Shown here in pieces: positions 20,052-29,348 of a DNA stretch of 64,000 nucleotides. Source of the DNA: Polyangiaceae bacterium. Its GTDB lineage: Bacteria; Myxococcota_A; Polyangia; Polyangiales; Polyangiaceae. Location: the NCBI GenBank assembly GCA_033763455.1, contig JANRKO010000019.1:128001-192000 (forward strand). The letters run 5' to 3'. Numbering within the stretch: the stretch's first letter is position 1; each line of letters starts with the position of its first letter. Made by a program: the position numbers and the translations under genes. The notes under the pieces were generated by a model. The model saw only the letters and a list, made by a program, of their open reading frames with translations. It had not been told where the DNA came from and ran no database searches.

Positions 20052-21239
20052 GTGGCGATGATCATCCGCGAAGCGCATGGCCAGGCGGTTAGGCGTCTCC
20101 TGAAAGCCAACCGAGTTGTGGCATTGCTGGGTGCTCGGCAAGTGGGGAAAACCACGTTGGCGCGCCAAATTGGCGCGGCATTCGAGCACGATATTCACCA
20201 CTTCGACCTTCAGTCCGAGCGCGATCTTTCAAAGCTGCAAGATCCCTTGCTCGCCCTCGAGCCTTTGCGAGGATTGGTGATCCTGGATGAGGTTCAGCGC
20301 CGACCTGACATCTTCTCCACGCTTCGCGTGCTCGCTGACCGACCGCGAGGAGCGCGGTTCTTGGTCCTGGGGAGCGCATCGCCGGATCTATTGCGCCAAG
20401 GCTCGGAAACTCTCGCAGGTCGAATCGCATTTCACCAACTCGATGGGTTGAGCTTGGAAGAAGTGGGAGCAAGCCGAGCCAACGAGCTGTGGGTGCGAGG
20501 AGGATTCCCTCGGTCGTTCCTAGCTAGGACCAACGGGCAAAGCGTTCGCTGGCGACAAGACTTCATCAGCACCTTCCTCGAGCGAGACCTGCCTCAGCTG
20601 GGCGTGCGTGTGCCGGGAACGACTCTGCGACGATTCTGGTCCATGTTGGCGCACGTGCACGCGCAGGTCTTGAATTGGTCTGAGCTGGGACGTTCCATGG
20701 CTGTGACCGACATGACCGTTCGACACTATGTGGACCTGCTCGCAGCAACCTTCATGGTCCGCATATTACCTCCGTGGCATGAGAATCTATCCAAGCGTCA
20801 GGTAAAAGCTCCCAAGGTCTTCATCCGCGACTCGGGCATTTTGCACGTGCTTCTAGACATCGTTGGTGCGGAAACCCTCGAAGGTCATCCAAAAGTTGGA
20901 GCATCCTGGGAAGGATTTTGCATCGAGACGTTGATTAGCCACCTAGGAGCACGCGTCGAGCAATGTTATTTTTGGGCAACGCAAGCGGGCGCCGAGCTCG
21001 ATCTCTTGGTCGTCGCCGGAGGCCGCAGGATGGGCTTCGAGGTCAAACGAACGGTCTCCCCGAGAACGACAGCGTCCATGCACACCGCTTTGCGGGACCT
21101 CGGGCTTGATTCCTTGGATGTCATTCACGCAGGCCAGGAAACCTTCGCAATGGCCAAGGACATTCGGGCCGTCGCACTGCGGCGCATCGCGAACGACATC
21201 AAGCCCTTGCACCCAACACGTGCGGCGAAGGTTTCCTAG
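20052..21239 (+). CDS. AAA+ ATPase with DUF4143 domain
   Basis: Walker A GARQVGKTT, Walker B ILDEVQR, GGFP, KAPKVFIRDSG, C-terminal ELDLL...FEVK nuclease-like motif. Confidence 0.9.
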   Translation: MAMIIREAHGQAVRRLLKANRVVALLGARQVGKTTLARQIGAAFEHDIHHFDLQSERDLSKLQDPLLALEPLRGLVILDEVQRRPDIFSTLRVLADRPRGARFLVLGSASPDLLRQGSETLAGRIAFHQLDGLSLEEVGASRANELWVRGGFPRSFLARTNGQSVRWRQDFISTFLERDLPQLGVRVPGTTLRRFWSMLAHVHAQVLNWSELGRSMAVTDMTVRHYVDLLAATFMVRILPPWHENLSKRQVKAPKVFIRDSGILHVLLDIVGAETLEGHPKVGASWEGFCIETLISHLGARVEQCYFWATQAGAELDLLVVAGGRRMGFEVKRTVSPRTTASMHTALRDLGLDSLDVIHAGQETFAMAKDIRAVALRRIANDIKPLHPTRAAKVS

Positions 21240-21316
21240 GCCCGTGGGACATCGCGCGGATTCGTGCCGCCCGCGGGCTGAACGTGGGCCAGGTGCGTGA
21301 CTCAACCCACGCAAGG

Positions 21317-22054
21317 CTAATAGGTAGCCCGCCCGCCTGACATATCAAACGTGAACCCGGTGGTGAAGCTCGCTTCGGGGGACACGATGAAGGCTGTAAG
21401 CGCCGCGATTTCCGCGAGCGTGCCGCAGCGCTTCATGGGGATCTTGTCGGTCATGTATTTTACATGGCCCGGATCCATACCTTCTACCATCGCTGTCCGG
21501 ATTACGGCGGGTGCGAGCGCGTTCACGGTGATGCCCGTCTCCGCGTATTCTTTTCCAATCGACTTTGCCAAACCGATAACGCCTGCTTTTGTCGAAGAAT
21601 ATGCGCTCATGCCCGCGTTGCCTTCTTTACCTGCGATCGAAGCAATCAAGAGAACTCGGCCGTAATTTCGCTTTTCCATGTACGGAATGGCATATTTGGC
21701 AACCAAGAAGGAGCCGCGAAGGTTCACGCGATACACGGCGTCAAATTCCTCCACGGATACATCCGTCAGCTTGCGCCCAGAGGGACCAACAATGCCGGCG
21801 CTGTTCACCACAACATCCAGGCGGCCCCACTTGGCGAAAACCTGCTCGTACGCACCTGCTACGGATTTCTCATCGGAAACGTCTCCGGCAATGGCTAAGC
21901 CCGAAAGCTCGCCGGCCGCTTTTTCCGCAAGAACAGGGTCACGATCAAAGACAGCAACTTTGGCGCCTTCATCTGCCAAAAGCTTGGCAATGGCTCGGCC
22001 CAGGCCGTCAGCCCCACCAGTAATAAAGGCTACCTGATCTTGAAATCGTTTCAC
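21317..22054 (-). CDS. SDR family oxidoreductase
   Basis: TGGADGLG, NSAG, YSSTK. Confidence 0.92.
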   Translation of the reverse strand: MKRFQDQVAFITGGADGLGRAIAKLLADEGAKVAVFDRDPVLAEKAAGELSGLAIAGDVSDEKSVAGAYEQVFAKWGRLDVVVNSAGIVGPSGRKLTDVSVEEFDAVYRVNLRGSFLVAKYAIPYMEKRNYGRVLLIASIAGKEGNAGMSAYSSTKAGVIGLAKSIGKEYAETGITVNALAPAVIRTAMVEGMDPGHVKYMTDKIPMKRCGTLAEIAALTAFIVSPEASFTTGFTFDMSGGRATY

Positions 22055-23361
22055 GCGTGGGCTCCTAGAGGCAAAAGGTTGTCGCTGGAATCAAAGGCAA
22101 ATGGCTTTGGTGCGGAGGAAAGAGCGATATTCTTCTTACCCGAAAGCTCCCGGGCGATGGCTTCGGAGACCTGCATGTTCCCGAGTGAAAGCGAATCACG
22201 GATACGAATGACTCGAGCGGTGCGCGTATCCGGCAAAGCTAGCGTTGCCAGGGCATGGGCCAACACATCTTTATCCGTTTCAAAATGAATCGGGATTTTG
22301 GCGGCGAGAATGGCCTGCGAAGTGAGCGTGTTCATGTACATGGTGGGGTAATCGATGGCACGGACCAAGCGGCTGGTGGCAAAATCAGCCACGCCAATTC
22401 CGACCGCATTGCCGTGGGTTTCGGGCGTGAGGTCGCGCACGAAGATGCGCCGAATGAAGGGCTTTCGTGTGGGTTCCTGAATAAGCGAGGAAAAATACCC
22501 AAAACAATCCCGGCCGATCACGTTCGGATCGATGCCGGCGCCGCTGATGTTCTTACCCATGTAATCGACGATCAAAAGATCTACATCGTCGGTCGGAAGT
22601 TGGGGCATCAGAGCCCGCGCCTCATTAAGCAATTCTGGCTCACGCTGCTCGATGGCTTCAGCACGAACCACTTCGATGCGCTGCAGCTCGTGACGTTGAT
22701 TTTCGATCAACGCCACACTCCCAATGAACGGCGCTTTTTCAAGCTTTACGCGGGCCACGGTTTGGAGAACTTTGGGAAAAGGCACTCTTTGGCAGGCCAC
22801 GTGAAAAGCAGTTGCTCCTAGCTCTTTGCCCAAACCTACCGCAATCATCTTCATGATCCCGCTTTCGATAGGACCCCGGAATTCGGTGTGCGGCTTCACG
22901 CGGCAAACAACCAAAATTCCATCCGCCCGGAGAGCTTCGGCAGCCAAATGTACGGGGACCCCATCCGCAGTCTGCCCCACGAGCGTGGCTTCCATGCTTG
23001 CGCGTACCGGTACACCTAATGCTTGTTCGCTGATCCCGTAGCCGGCGAGTAACTCTGCCTGGCCTTCAGCTGTAGCGCCGCCGTGGCTCCCCATCGCGGG
23101 TACAATGAACGGCTCTGCCCCTGCGTCGCGTAGAAGTTGAATCACCTCGCGCACCACTTCGTCGAGCCGAGAAATCCCCCGGCTGCCCACGGCGATGGCG
23201 ATCTTGGCTCCGGGCCGAACATCTAGGTTCCAGGATCCTCTGAGCACAGCGCGGGCGTCGAGCGCAGGCGTTGGAGGAAAGCTTTGAGTCAGATCGAGCA
23301 GCTTAGGAAAATGGGTGTCAGGGATGCGTAACATGGATGGATCAGGGCTCCGACCCCGCAC
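22051..23361 (-). CDS. Lactate racemase (LarA) superfamily / DUF2088 protein
   Basis: AVGSRGI, PAMGSHGGAT, RVKPHT, GKNISGAG.DPNV; exact start uncertain (possibly 23334). Confidence 0.8.
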   Translation of the reverse strand: MRGRSPDPSMLRIPDTHFPKLLDLTQSFPPTPALDARAVLRGSWNLDVRPGAKIAIAVGSRGISRLDEVVREVIQLLRDAGAEPFIVPAMGSHGGATAEGQAELLAGYGISEQALGVPVRASMEATLVGQTADGVPVHLAAEALRADGILVVCRVKPHTEFRGPIESGIMKMIAVGLGKELGATAFHVACQRVPFPKVLQTVARVKLEKAPFIGSVALIENQRHELQRIEVVRAEAIEQREPELLNEARALMPQLPTDDVDLLIVDYMGKNISGAGIDPNVIGRDCFGYFSSLIQEPTRKPFIRRIFVRDLTPETHGNAVGIGVADFATSRLVRAIDYPTMYMNTLTSQAILAAKIPIHFETDKDVLAHALATLALPDTRTARVIRIRDSLSLGNMQVSEAIARELSGKKNIALSSAPKPFAFDSSDNLLPLGAHA

Positions 23362-23555
23362 TTTAGGCGTCCGGCCTTTGCCGACAACCCGGCAGCACGA
23401 AATTACAGAAGTTGACCGAAAGCCAGCCTAGTCGCGCTTTCAGCGCTGCTCGCCAACAGGTGGGCGGTCGGGGAGCGTTATAGGCCTCGGAGGGGCCCTG
23501 AATGGTGCCCAAGGGTGTGAGGTGACTTTCCCCGGGCCAAGGCTTAGGTTGACGT

Positions 23556-24050
23556 ATGCGCCCCGCGGACGATCCCGAGTTCTTTGAGCGCCCCGCCCCC
23601 GATGGGCGCAGCCGTGAGAGCTCGATCCGGCTGGATGCTCATGGAAATTTCTGGCACGCCGGCGATCGCGTCGAGAATCAACGTATGAGGAGCGCGTTTG
23701 GGCGCTGGGTTTCGCTTCACCCGAACGGGCGCTTCATCCTGAATAACGGCTACGATTGGAGCTATCTCTCGGTTGAGGATACGGGCTGGTTCGTGGTGCG
23801 AGTGCGGGACACAGAAGGCGGTCCGCGTTTAGTCTTTTCGGACGGCACCGAGCAGTTCCTCACTGAAAGTGAGCTCTTTAGGCTGCCCAACGAGGCACTC
23901 TACGCGCGGTTGCACGAACGAGGAATGAATGCCAGGTTCACGCGCGAAGCGGCTTTGATGCTCGGGCCGTGGCTCACCGAGTCTGAATCAGGCGCGTTGA
24001 GTATCCAAGTGGGTGGGCAAACCAACCCAATCAAGCTCTTCACGACCTGA
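23556..24050 (+). CDS. DUF1285-like hypothetical protein
   Basis: IRLDAHGNFWH.G, VEDTGWFV, ARFTR pattern. Confidence 0.6.
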   Translation: MRPADDPEFFERPAPDGRSRESSIRLDAHGNFWHAGDRVENQRMRSAFGRWVSLHPNGRFILNNGYDWSYLSVEDTGWFVVRVRDTEGGPRLVFSDGTEQFLTESELFRLPNEALYARLHERGMNARFTREAALMLGPWLTESESGALSIQVGGQTNPIKLFTT

Positions 24051-24052
24051 CT

Positions 24053-24865
24053 TTACGTCTGCTTGGCTCGGAACGCCTCAAGTTCGGCGGCAAGGCTGCG
24101 GGCGCGTTCGGCCTCGGCATTCGCGCGCTCGGCCTCTGCATTGGCGCGCTCGGCCTCGGCATTAGCGCGTTCGGCTTCGGCATTGGCGCGAAGCTGCTGT
24201 GCCTGTTGCTGCTCCAAAGCCTGAGAAAGCTGGGCCTTCACAGCGTGCGCGGCTTCTTGCGGCATCGGCAAGGGTTGCCCGTCTGCATCTAGCCAACGAA
24301 GCCAATCGACATCGACCGCCCAAAGGCTGCTTCGCATCTTGCCCAACCAAAGCCCGAGCTGTGAGCATTTGAGATTGCCGTGTGCATCGGGGATCTTCGG
24401 GCGGTAGCCCGCCCCGGCAGCTTCCAGCTCATATCCCTCGAAAACACCCGAAAGTGGATCAAACAAGAAGTACTCCCCCACCTTGAGCAAGCGCCCATAC
24501 ACGCGCATCTTCTCGCCCCGGTCGACCGCTTCTGTCGTTTCCGACAAGAGCTCAATGATCACGTCCGGGGACTTTCCCTCTTCCTCCCAGACAACCCAAG
24601 CTTTTCGCTCTCTCCGCGTGGTGTTGAGCACCACGAATACATCGGGCCCCCGAAAATCGTTCCTGCGAGTCTGTGTTTCGCTGAAATAAAGGAACATATT
24701 TCCCCCCACGTAGTAGTCCGTTCGCTCCTGCCACGCGAACTCCAGCGATTCTATCAAGATCGCCATTTGTTGGCGATGGCGAGCCGATTCCATGGGCTCA
24801 CCGTCGTCCGTGACGAGCTGATCGGCGCCGGGGGGCATTACAAACGGGTGCGGGGGTTCGCTCAT
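24053..24865 (-). CDS. Uma2 family endonuclease with heptad-repeat tail
   Basis: GPDVFVV, PDVIIELLS, EYFLFDP; C-terminal (ANAEAER)n. Confidence 0.9.
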   Translation of the reverse strand: MSEPPHPFVMPPGADQLVTDDGEPMESARHRQQMAILIESLEFAWQERTDYYVGGNMFLYFSETQTRRNDFRGPDVFVVLNTTRRERKAWVVWEEEGKSPDVIIELLSETTEAVDRGEKMRVYGRLLKVGEYFLFDPLSGVFEGYELEAAGAGYRPKIPDAHGNLKCSQLGLWLGKMRSSLWAVDVDWLRWLDADGQPLPMPQEAAHAVKAQLSQALEQQQAQQLRANAEAERANAEAERANAEAERANAEAERARSLAAELEAFRAKQT

Positions 24866-24934
24866 AGCGGGCCTTCATTGTAGCCGAAACTCATCGGCTG
24901 CGCGCTGGCTCAGTTGCGCGCATAGCGGGGCGCC

Positions 24935-26272
24935 CTAGCCGTCACTGGGCGCGAGCGCCTCAAGCTCCGGTTCCGTCTTTACTTGGCTCCACTCTAAGCG
25001 CTCTTCCTGCACGGCTTGGCCCAGAAGCACGGCTGCCAGCTCCGCGCGGCCGCCCCTAACCCAACCCCGAGCGGCGGAAAGAGCATCTTCAGGCAAGCGA
25101 CTCTGTCGGAAAAGGCTCTCGAAGAGCTGGGCCGCGGATTCGAATACTCCGGCTTCTAGGGTCTCGCTGCCCACTCTTCGCACATCCTCTTCGGCGAGCT
25201 GCTCCACACAGCCGGCCGCGAGAGCACATGCTTTTGGATATTCTTGGAGCTTGAGCCAGATGCGGATCAAGGCACCCACCACCTCCGCTCGTTGATCCCC
25301 CGCGCGGCGCGCTACAACCAACACCTGAGCGGCGCCTGTAAGATCTCCATCGAGCTCCCGAATAGATGCCTCAAGGAGCGCGTCAAGCTGTTGCCCAACA
25401 GGAGTCCGCGCCAGCACTGCACGGGCCTCTGCAGCGCGCCCAGCCATCACCGCGGACCAACCCGCGATGTCGAGGGCCTTGGTGCGCCAGGCGTCCGTGG
25501 GGGAGTTTTCAAAGACTGCCATAGCCATGGCCATGGCCTCGCCATAACGCTCGGATTCGCGCAGCGCGTGGGCGCGCGCCAAGATCTCCCGCAAGGCTTC
25601 TTCGGGCAGGGCGGGCCGTACGGGCGTGCGACGTGCGTGCACGTAGCTAAAGATCCCAGAAACCCCAAAAAGCAGGCCAGGCAGTGGCTGATTGAACAAA
25701 AAGAATGCCGCACTCAGCGCCAAACTCGCCACTAACGACACCGTCGCAGCGGTACCACGGCGTTCTGGCCCCAAGAACACGGCCATCGCTTGACCGCCAT
25801 CCATTGGCAAGATCGGCAGTAGATTCACGGCGCTGTAGAGGAACGCATACGTGAGCACCGTTGCGAGAAATGTGGGCAGGTTAGGAGTGGACTCCTGCAT
25901 GGATTGTACTGGCAGCTCATGCACACCCAGCGCAATCAGCCCGCCCCAAGCTAGGCCCCCCAGCAAAAAACCCGCAGCCGGCCCCGCTAACGCAACCCAG
26001 ATTTGGCGCCAACGTGGCAGCGGCGAAGTTTGCCGCCAAGCCGTGAGCCCACCAAATAGGTGCAGAAACACCACTGGCTCCTGACCAAACGCGCGCGCAA
26101 CCACCGCATGCCCGAACTCATGGCTCAGGATGCATAAGCCAAATGCACCTAAGAACATCAGCGCCCCCTGCACTGAATTGGATATTAGATACCCGAACAT
26201 CAGCGCAAGCATCCAAAAGCCAGGATGCACGTGAACGGGAAAGCCGAACAATCTAAAGCGAAAAACACCCAT
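24935..26272 (-). CDS. Site-2 protease (M50) with C-terminal TPR-like region
   Basis: HEFGH, AGP and NLLPILPMDGG within TM segments. Confidence 0.88.
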   Translation of the reverse strand: MGVFRFRLFGFPVHVHPGFWMLALMFGYLISNSVQGALMFLGAFGLCILSHEFGHAVVARAFGQEPVVFLHLFGGLTAWRQTSPLPRWRQIWVALAGPAAGFLLGGLAWGGLIALGVHELPVQSMQESTPNLPTFLATVLTYAFLYSAVNLLPILPMDGGQAMAVFLGPERRGTAATVSLVASLALSAAFFLFNQPLPGLLFGVSGIFSYVHARRTPVRPALPEEALREILARAHALRESERYGEAMAMAMAVFENSPTDAWRTKALDIAGWSAVMAGRAAEARAVLARTPVGQQLDALLEASIRELDGDLTGAAQVLVVARRAGDQRAEVVGALIRIWLKLQEYPKACALAAGCVEQLAEEDVRRVGSETLEAGVFESAAQLFESLFRQSRLPEDALSAARGWVRGGRAELAAVLLGQAVQEERLEWSQVKTEPELEALAPSDG

Positions 26273-26295
26273 GCAGAGGAGCTCGGGTTAGCACA

Positions 26296-28140
26296 TCAGC
26301 GGTGGATGTACACGCCCGTTCCCTGCCCCATATCTGCCCCAATATTGACGCCATGCCAGCCATCCGGTACCGGTGGGTCACTCCACATGAACACATAACG
26401 TGCGTCAATCGGCGCCAAATTGACGCACCCGTGGCTCCGCGGGATCCCGAAAACATCGTGCCAATAGGCCCCATGGAGGGCATACCCCGAAGCAAAATAC
26501 TGGATCCATGGCACATCGCGCAGCTCGAAGCCTGCAGAGCCGCGCCGCACGGTAACACCATATTCTGGGTCGCGCCCTTTTTTAATGTTGGCCAGCCTTC
26601 TTCGATCTTCTTCGTCCAGGGGTTCTCCCCTTTTCTCAGCGGCCAGTAGGCGTTCCTTAACCCCGGAGTTATCCACCTTACTAACGTTCGTGTTGGAGCG
26701 GGTGCCACCCGCCACGCTCGAGTTTTCCTCTGAGTCCATCGCCGCGGCGATGTGTTTGCTGGTGAGCCGAAACGTACCTTGTGGCGTTGAAAGCGTTTCT
26801 TTTGGATCTCCAAAGCGATCCCGCCCCGTCGACACCAATGTGGCGTAGGTAGCGCGCTTGCCTTCGTAAAGAACCAGCGTCTGCTGCCCGAGCGAGACAT
26901 CGATCCATTTTTCGCCCTTCTCAGCAAATTCTGGCCATTCTGGGGGTGGAGCAACAATGCCAAGATCGCTCGCTTTGAGCCACATCAGCTTATCTTTGAG
27001 CGACTGATAGTAACGTTCACCGGCCTGGATCCGCGCATTCCCGGACAATGGGATCAGGGCTCGCCGGGGCACCTCTCCGGCCGGGCGAACCTCATCTCTG
27101 CCGCGCACCAACTGATAAGATTTCGTCTCTCGCTTGATAGCCCAGGCGAACGGCATATCGAGCCCTTTTGGAATTTCAATTCCGTGAAACGGGGAACCTG
27201 TATCGGGCTTCACCTTGGTTGTTGGGATCAAGCGCATGTCCACAGTCACGGCGAAGCTTCGCTTCAAGCCATCACTCTCCGTGTCAAACGCATCCACGAA
27301 GGAAAGCCCGGTTTTACGGCTCACGCGATCAGCGAAGTACGCGTATTCGGGCACTTGGTAGCCAGAAACGTTCGGCACTTGGCGGCCACCTTGGAGCCAA
27401 AATGGGATCTTTCCCTCCTTATCGCCGCCGAACAATTCGTTGCGCGTAAGCTCGGTAGAATTTCGAAAGCCGGGCGCTGGTTTTAACCCCGGCCGAGCAA
27501 TGCCCCGGGCATCGAGTGGTACGTCGTTGGCGCCGAGCTCCACTTGTTGTACCTCGTGTTCGTGTTCAGCATACCAAGCGAGGTGTTCTTCGAGCTTGAA
27601 CTCACTCTTGAGCTGCTCGGCTTTCGTAGGAATTCTGAGGTATTGCGGAGAAGCGGCGCGCACAAACCCATAGCTATACGGTAGCGGTCGATCGAGGTGC
27701 GGACGGCGCTGATTGGCCCGCACCAGCGGCGACTCAAGATCCGTAGTGGCGTCTTTGGTGCACACGTAACCCATGGGGTAAATGCGATACCACTGCCCTT
27801 TTTCGCACCCTCGGCCAGTAATCGCGTCCGGATCACGGCGCACGATTCCGCCGAGGCGAATGTAGCCTAGCCGCCGCGAGTTCTCGTCCGCCAGCTTGTA
27901 GACAGTGGTGGCGATCGTCGTGGCAGCCAATTTGGGCGCACTCTCTGGTGCTTGAGTGTCGAGCTCGCCGTGATCTACCTGAACACTCGAAAGCTTGGCG
28001 GGCGTACCATTGCTACTGGGTGTGTTCCCAAGAGCTTCCGTAGGAGCTTTCGGATCTTTGCCCAAGTTGGGTTTTTGGGGTTTGTTGCAGCCGAACCCGA
28101 AGACTAGAATTACCGCCGCGGCACGACCCATTACACGCAT
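26296..28140 (-). CDS. L,D-transpeptidase family lipoprotein
   Basis: Lipobox FGFGC; C-terminal ALHGAYWH...SHGCVNL (YkuD motif). Confidence 0.88.
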   Translation of the reverse strand: MRVMGRAAAVILVFGFGCNKPQKPNLGKDPKAPTEALGNTPSSNGTPAKLSSVQVDHGELDTQAPESAPKLAATTIATTVYKLADENSRRLGYIRLGGIVRRDPDAITGRGCEKGQWYRIYPMGYVCTKDATTDLESPLVRANQRRPHLDRPLPYSYGFVRAASPQYLRIPTKAEQLKSEFKLEEHLAWYAEHEHEVQQVELGANDVPLDARGIARPGLKPAPGFRNSTELTRNELFGGDKEGKIPFWLQGGRQVPNVSGYQVPEYAYFADRVSRKTGLSFVDAFDTESDGLKRSFAVTVDMRLIPTTKVKPDTGSPFHGIEIPKGLDMPFAWAIKRETKSYQLVRGRDEVRPAGEVPRRALIPLSGNARIQAGERYYQSLKDKLMWLKASDLGIVAPPPEWPEFAEKGEKWIDVSLGQQTLVLYEGKRATYATLVSTGRDRFGDPKETLSTPQGTFRLTSKHIAAAMDSEENSSVAGGTRSNTNVSKVDNSGVKERLLAAEKRGEPLDEEDRRRLANIKKGRDPEYGVTVRRGSAGFELRDVPWIQYFASGYALHGAYWHDVFGIPRSHGCVNLAPIDARYVFMWSDPPVPDGWHGVNIGADMGQGTGVYIHR

Positions 28141-28394
28141 ACGATACCGGCGGTCATACCCCCCTCGTGAAAGCGGTCAAGGGCGGCGAACACCGCCGAC
28201 TCATGAAAACGCAGCGCCACTTTCGGTGGTACGGTTTGGGGGATTCCTCACATAAACGCGTATCGCCAATAGACACGAAGGGCCGCTCGATACCGGCATC
28301 CAACGACACGGCTTCTGGCGCCTCGGGGTCCAAGGCCGGACGACTTGCTGCTTGCTGTCTCAGTGCATTTGACCTAACCAGGCCCTCCAAGGAT

Positions 28395-28595
28395 ATGCAC
28401 CTAATCGTCAACGGAGAGCCGTACGAAGCGCCCCCAGGCCTCACCGTGCGGGGGTTGGTGGAACATCTGGGGCTCACAGAGGGTCCCGTGGCGGTTGAAC
28501 GCAATCGCGAGGTGGTGCCTCGTGCTGAGCACGCTGCAACACTGCTCGCTGAGGGCGACGTATTGGAAATTGTACATTTCGTCGGTGGCGGGTAG
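28395..28595 (+). CDS. thiS: Sulfur carrier protein ThiS
   Basis: IVNGE...[12 protein letters not shown]...[16 protein letters not shown]. Confidence 0.92.
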   Translation: MHLIVNGEPYEAPPGLTVRGLVEHLGLTEGPVAVERNREVVPRAEHAATLLAEGDVLEIVHFVGGG

Positions 28596-28646
28596 ATCGG
28601 TGGCGGCTAGATGGTGGCGGGTAGAAAGAGTAGCGTAGGTAAAGGC

Positions 28647-29348
28647 CTAGCCGTCAATGCGATCCCGCAAGCGATAGCCGACTCCAGGCTCGGTCACCAA
28701 ATACCTAGGCCGGCTTGGCTCACGTTCGAGTTTATGGCGCAATTGACCCATATAAACTCGTAAGTATTGTGTCTGATCGCCGAAGTTGGGCCCCCACACT
28801 TCGCGTAAGAGCTGACGATGGGTGATAACTTTCCCGCTGTGCTTCACCAACATCGCCAAGATCCTGTATTCGATGGGCGTGAGGTGCACCTCTTTCTCGT
28901 CGCAGAAAACCTGCCGCCGATTAAGGTCCACCTTAAGCTCGCCCACAGTGAACAGCGAGCTGCCGTCCGCTCCAGCTACCGCATGTCGCAGAGCAACGCG
29001 AATGCGCGCCAAGAGTTCACCGACGCCAAAAGGCTTCGTGAGATAATCGTCGGCGCCGAGGTCCAGCGCATGGATCTTATCTTCCTCCCGGCCGCGTGCC
29101 GAAATCACGATGATTGGAGTTTTTGACCACTCCCGGAGACGCTCGGTAACCACCAGGCCATCGAGATCGGGCAGTCCCAAATCCAAGAGAATGAGATCGG
29201 GGCTGTGAGCCGCTACGAGATTCAAGCCATCTTGGCCCGTTTCAGCCTCGATCACGCGATAGCCGTTGCTTGATAGCGAGGCCCTTAAGAAACGACGCAT
29301 TTGCGCTTCGTCCTCGATCACCACAATCGTCGACGGGTTCTCGCTCAT
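28647..29348 (-). CDS. kdpE: Response regulator KdpE
   Basis: Receiver plus OmpR wHTH; YLRVYMGQLRHKLE; overlaps the kdpD stop. Confidence 0.94.
   Translation of the reverse strand: MSENPSTIVVIEDEAQMRRFLRASLSSNGYRVIEAETGQDGLNLVAAHSPDLILLDLGLPDLDGLVVTERLREWSKTPIIVISARGREEDKIHALDLGADDYLTKPFGVGELLARIRVALRHAVAGADGSSLFTVGELKVDLNRRQVFCDEKEVHLTPIEYRILAMLVKHSGKVITHRQLLREVWGPNFGDQTQYLRVYMGQLRHKLEREPSRPRYLVTEPGVGYRLRDRIDG

Noticed and set aside
24100..24190. 21-bp repeats as an independent element
   Set aside because: They encode the ANAEAER coiled-coil tail common in Uma2 proteins.
28141..28394. TPP riboswitch upstream of thiS
   Set aside because: Conserved CUGAGA and ACCUGA...AUNCNNNCGNAGG motifs not seen on the plus strand.
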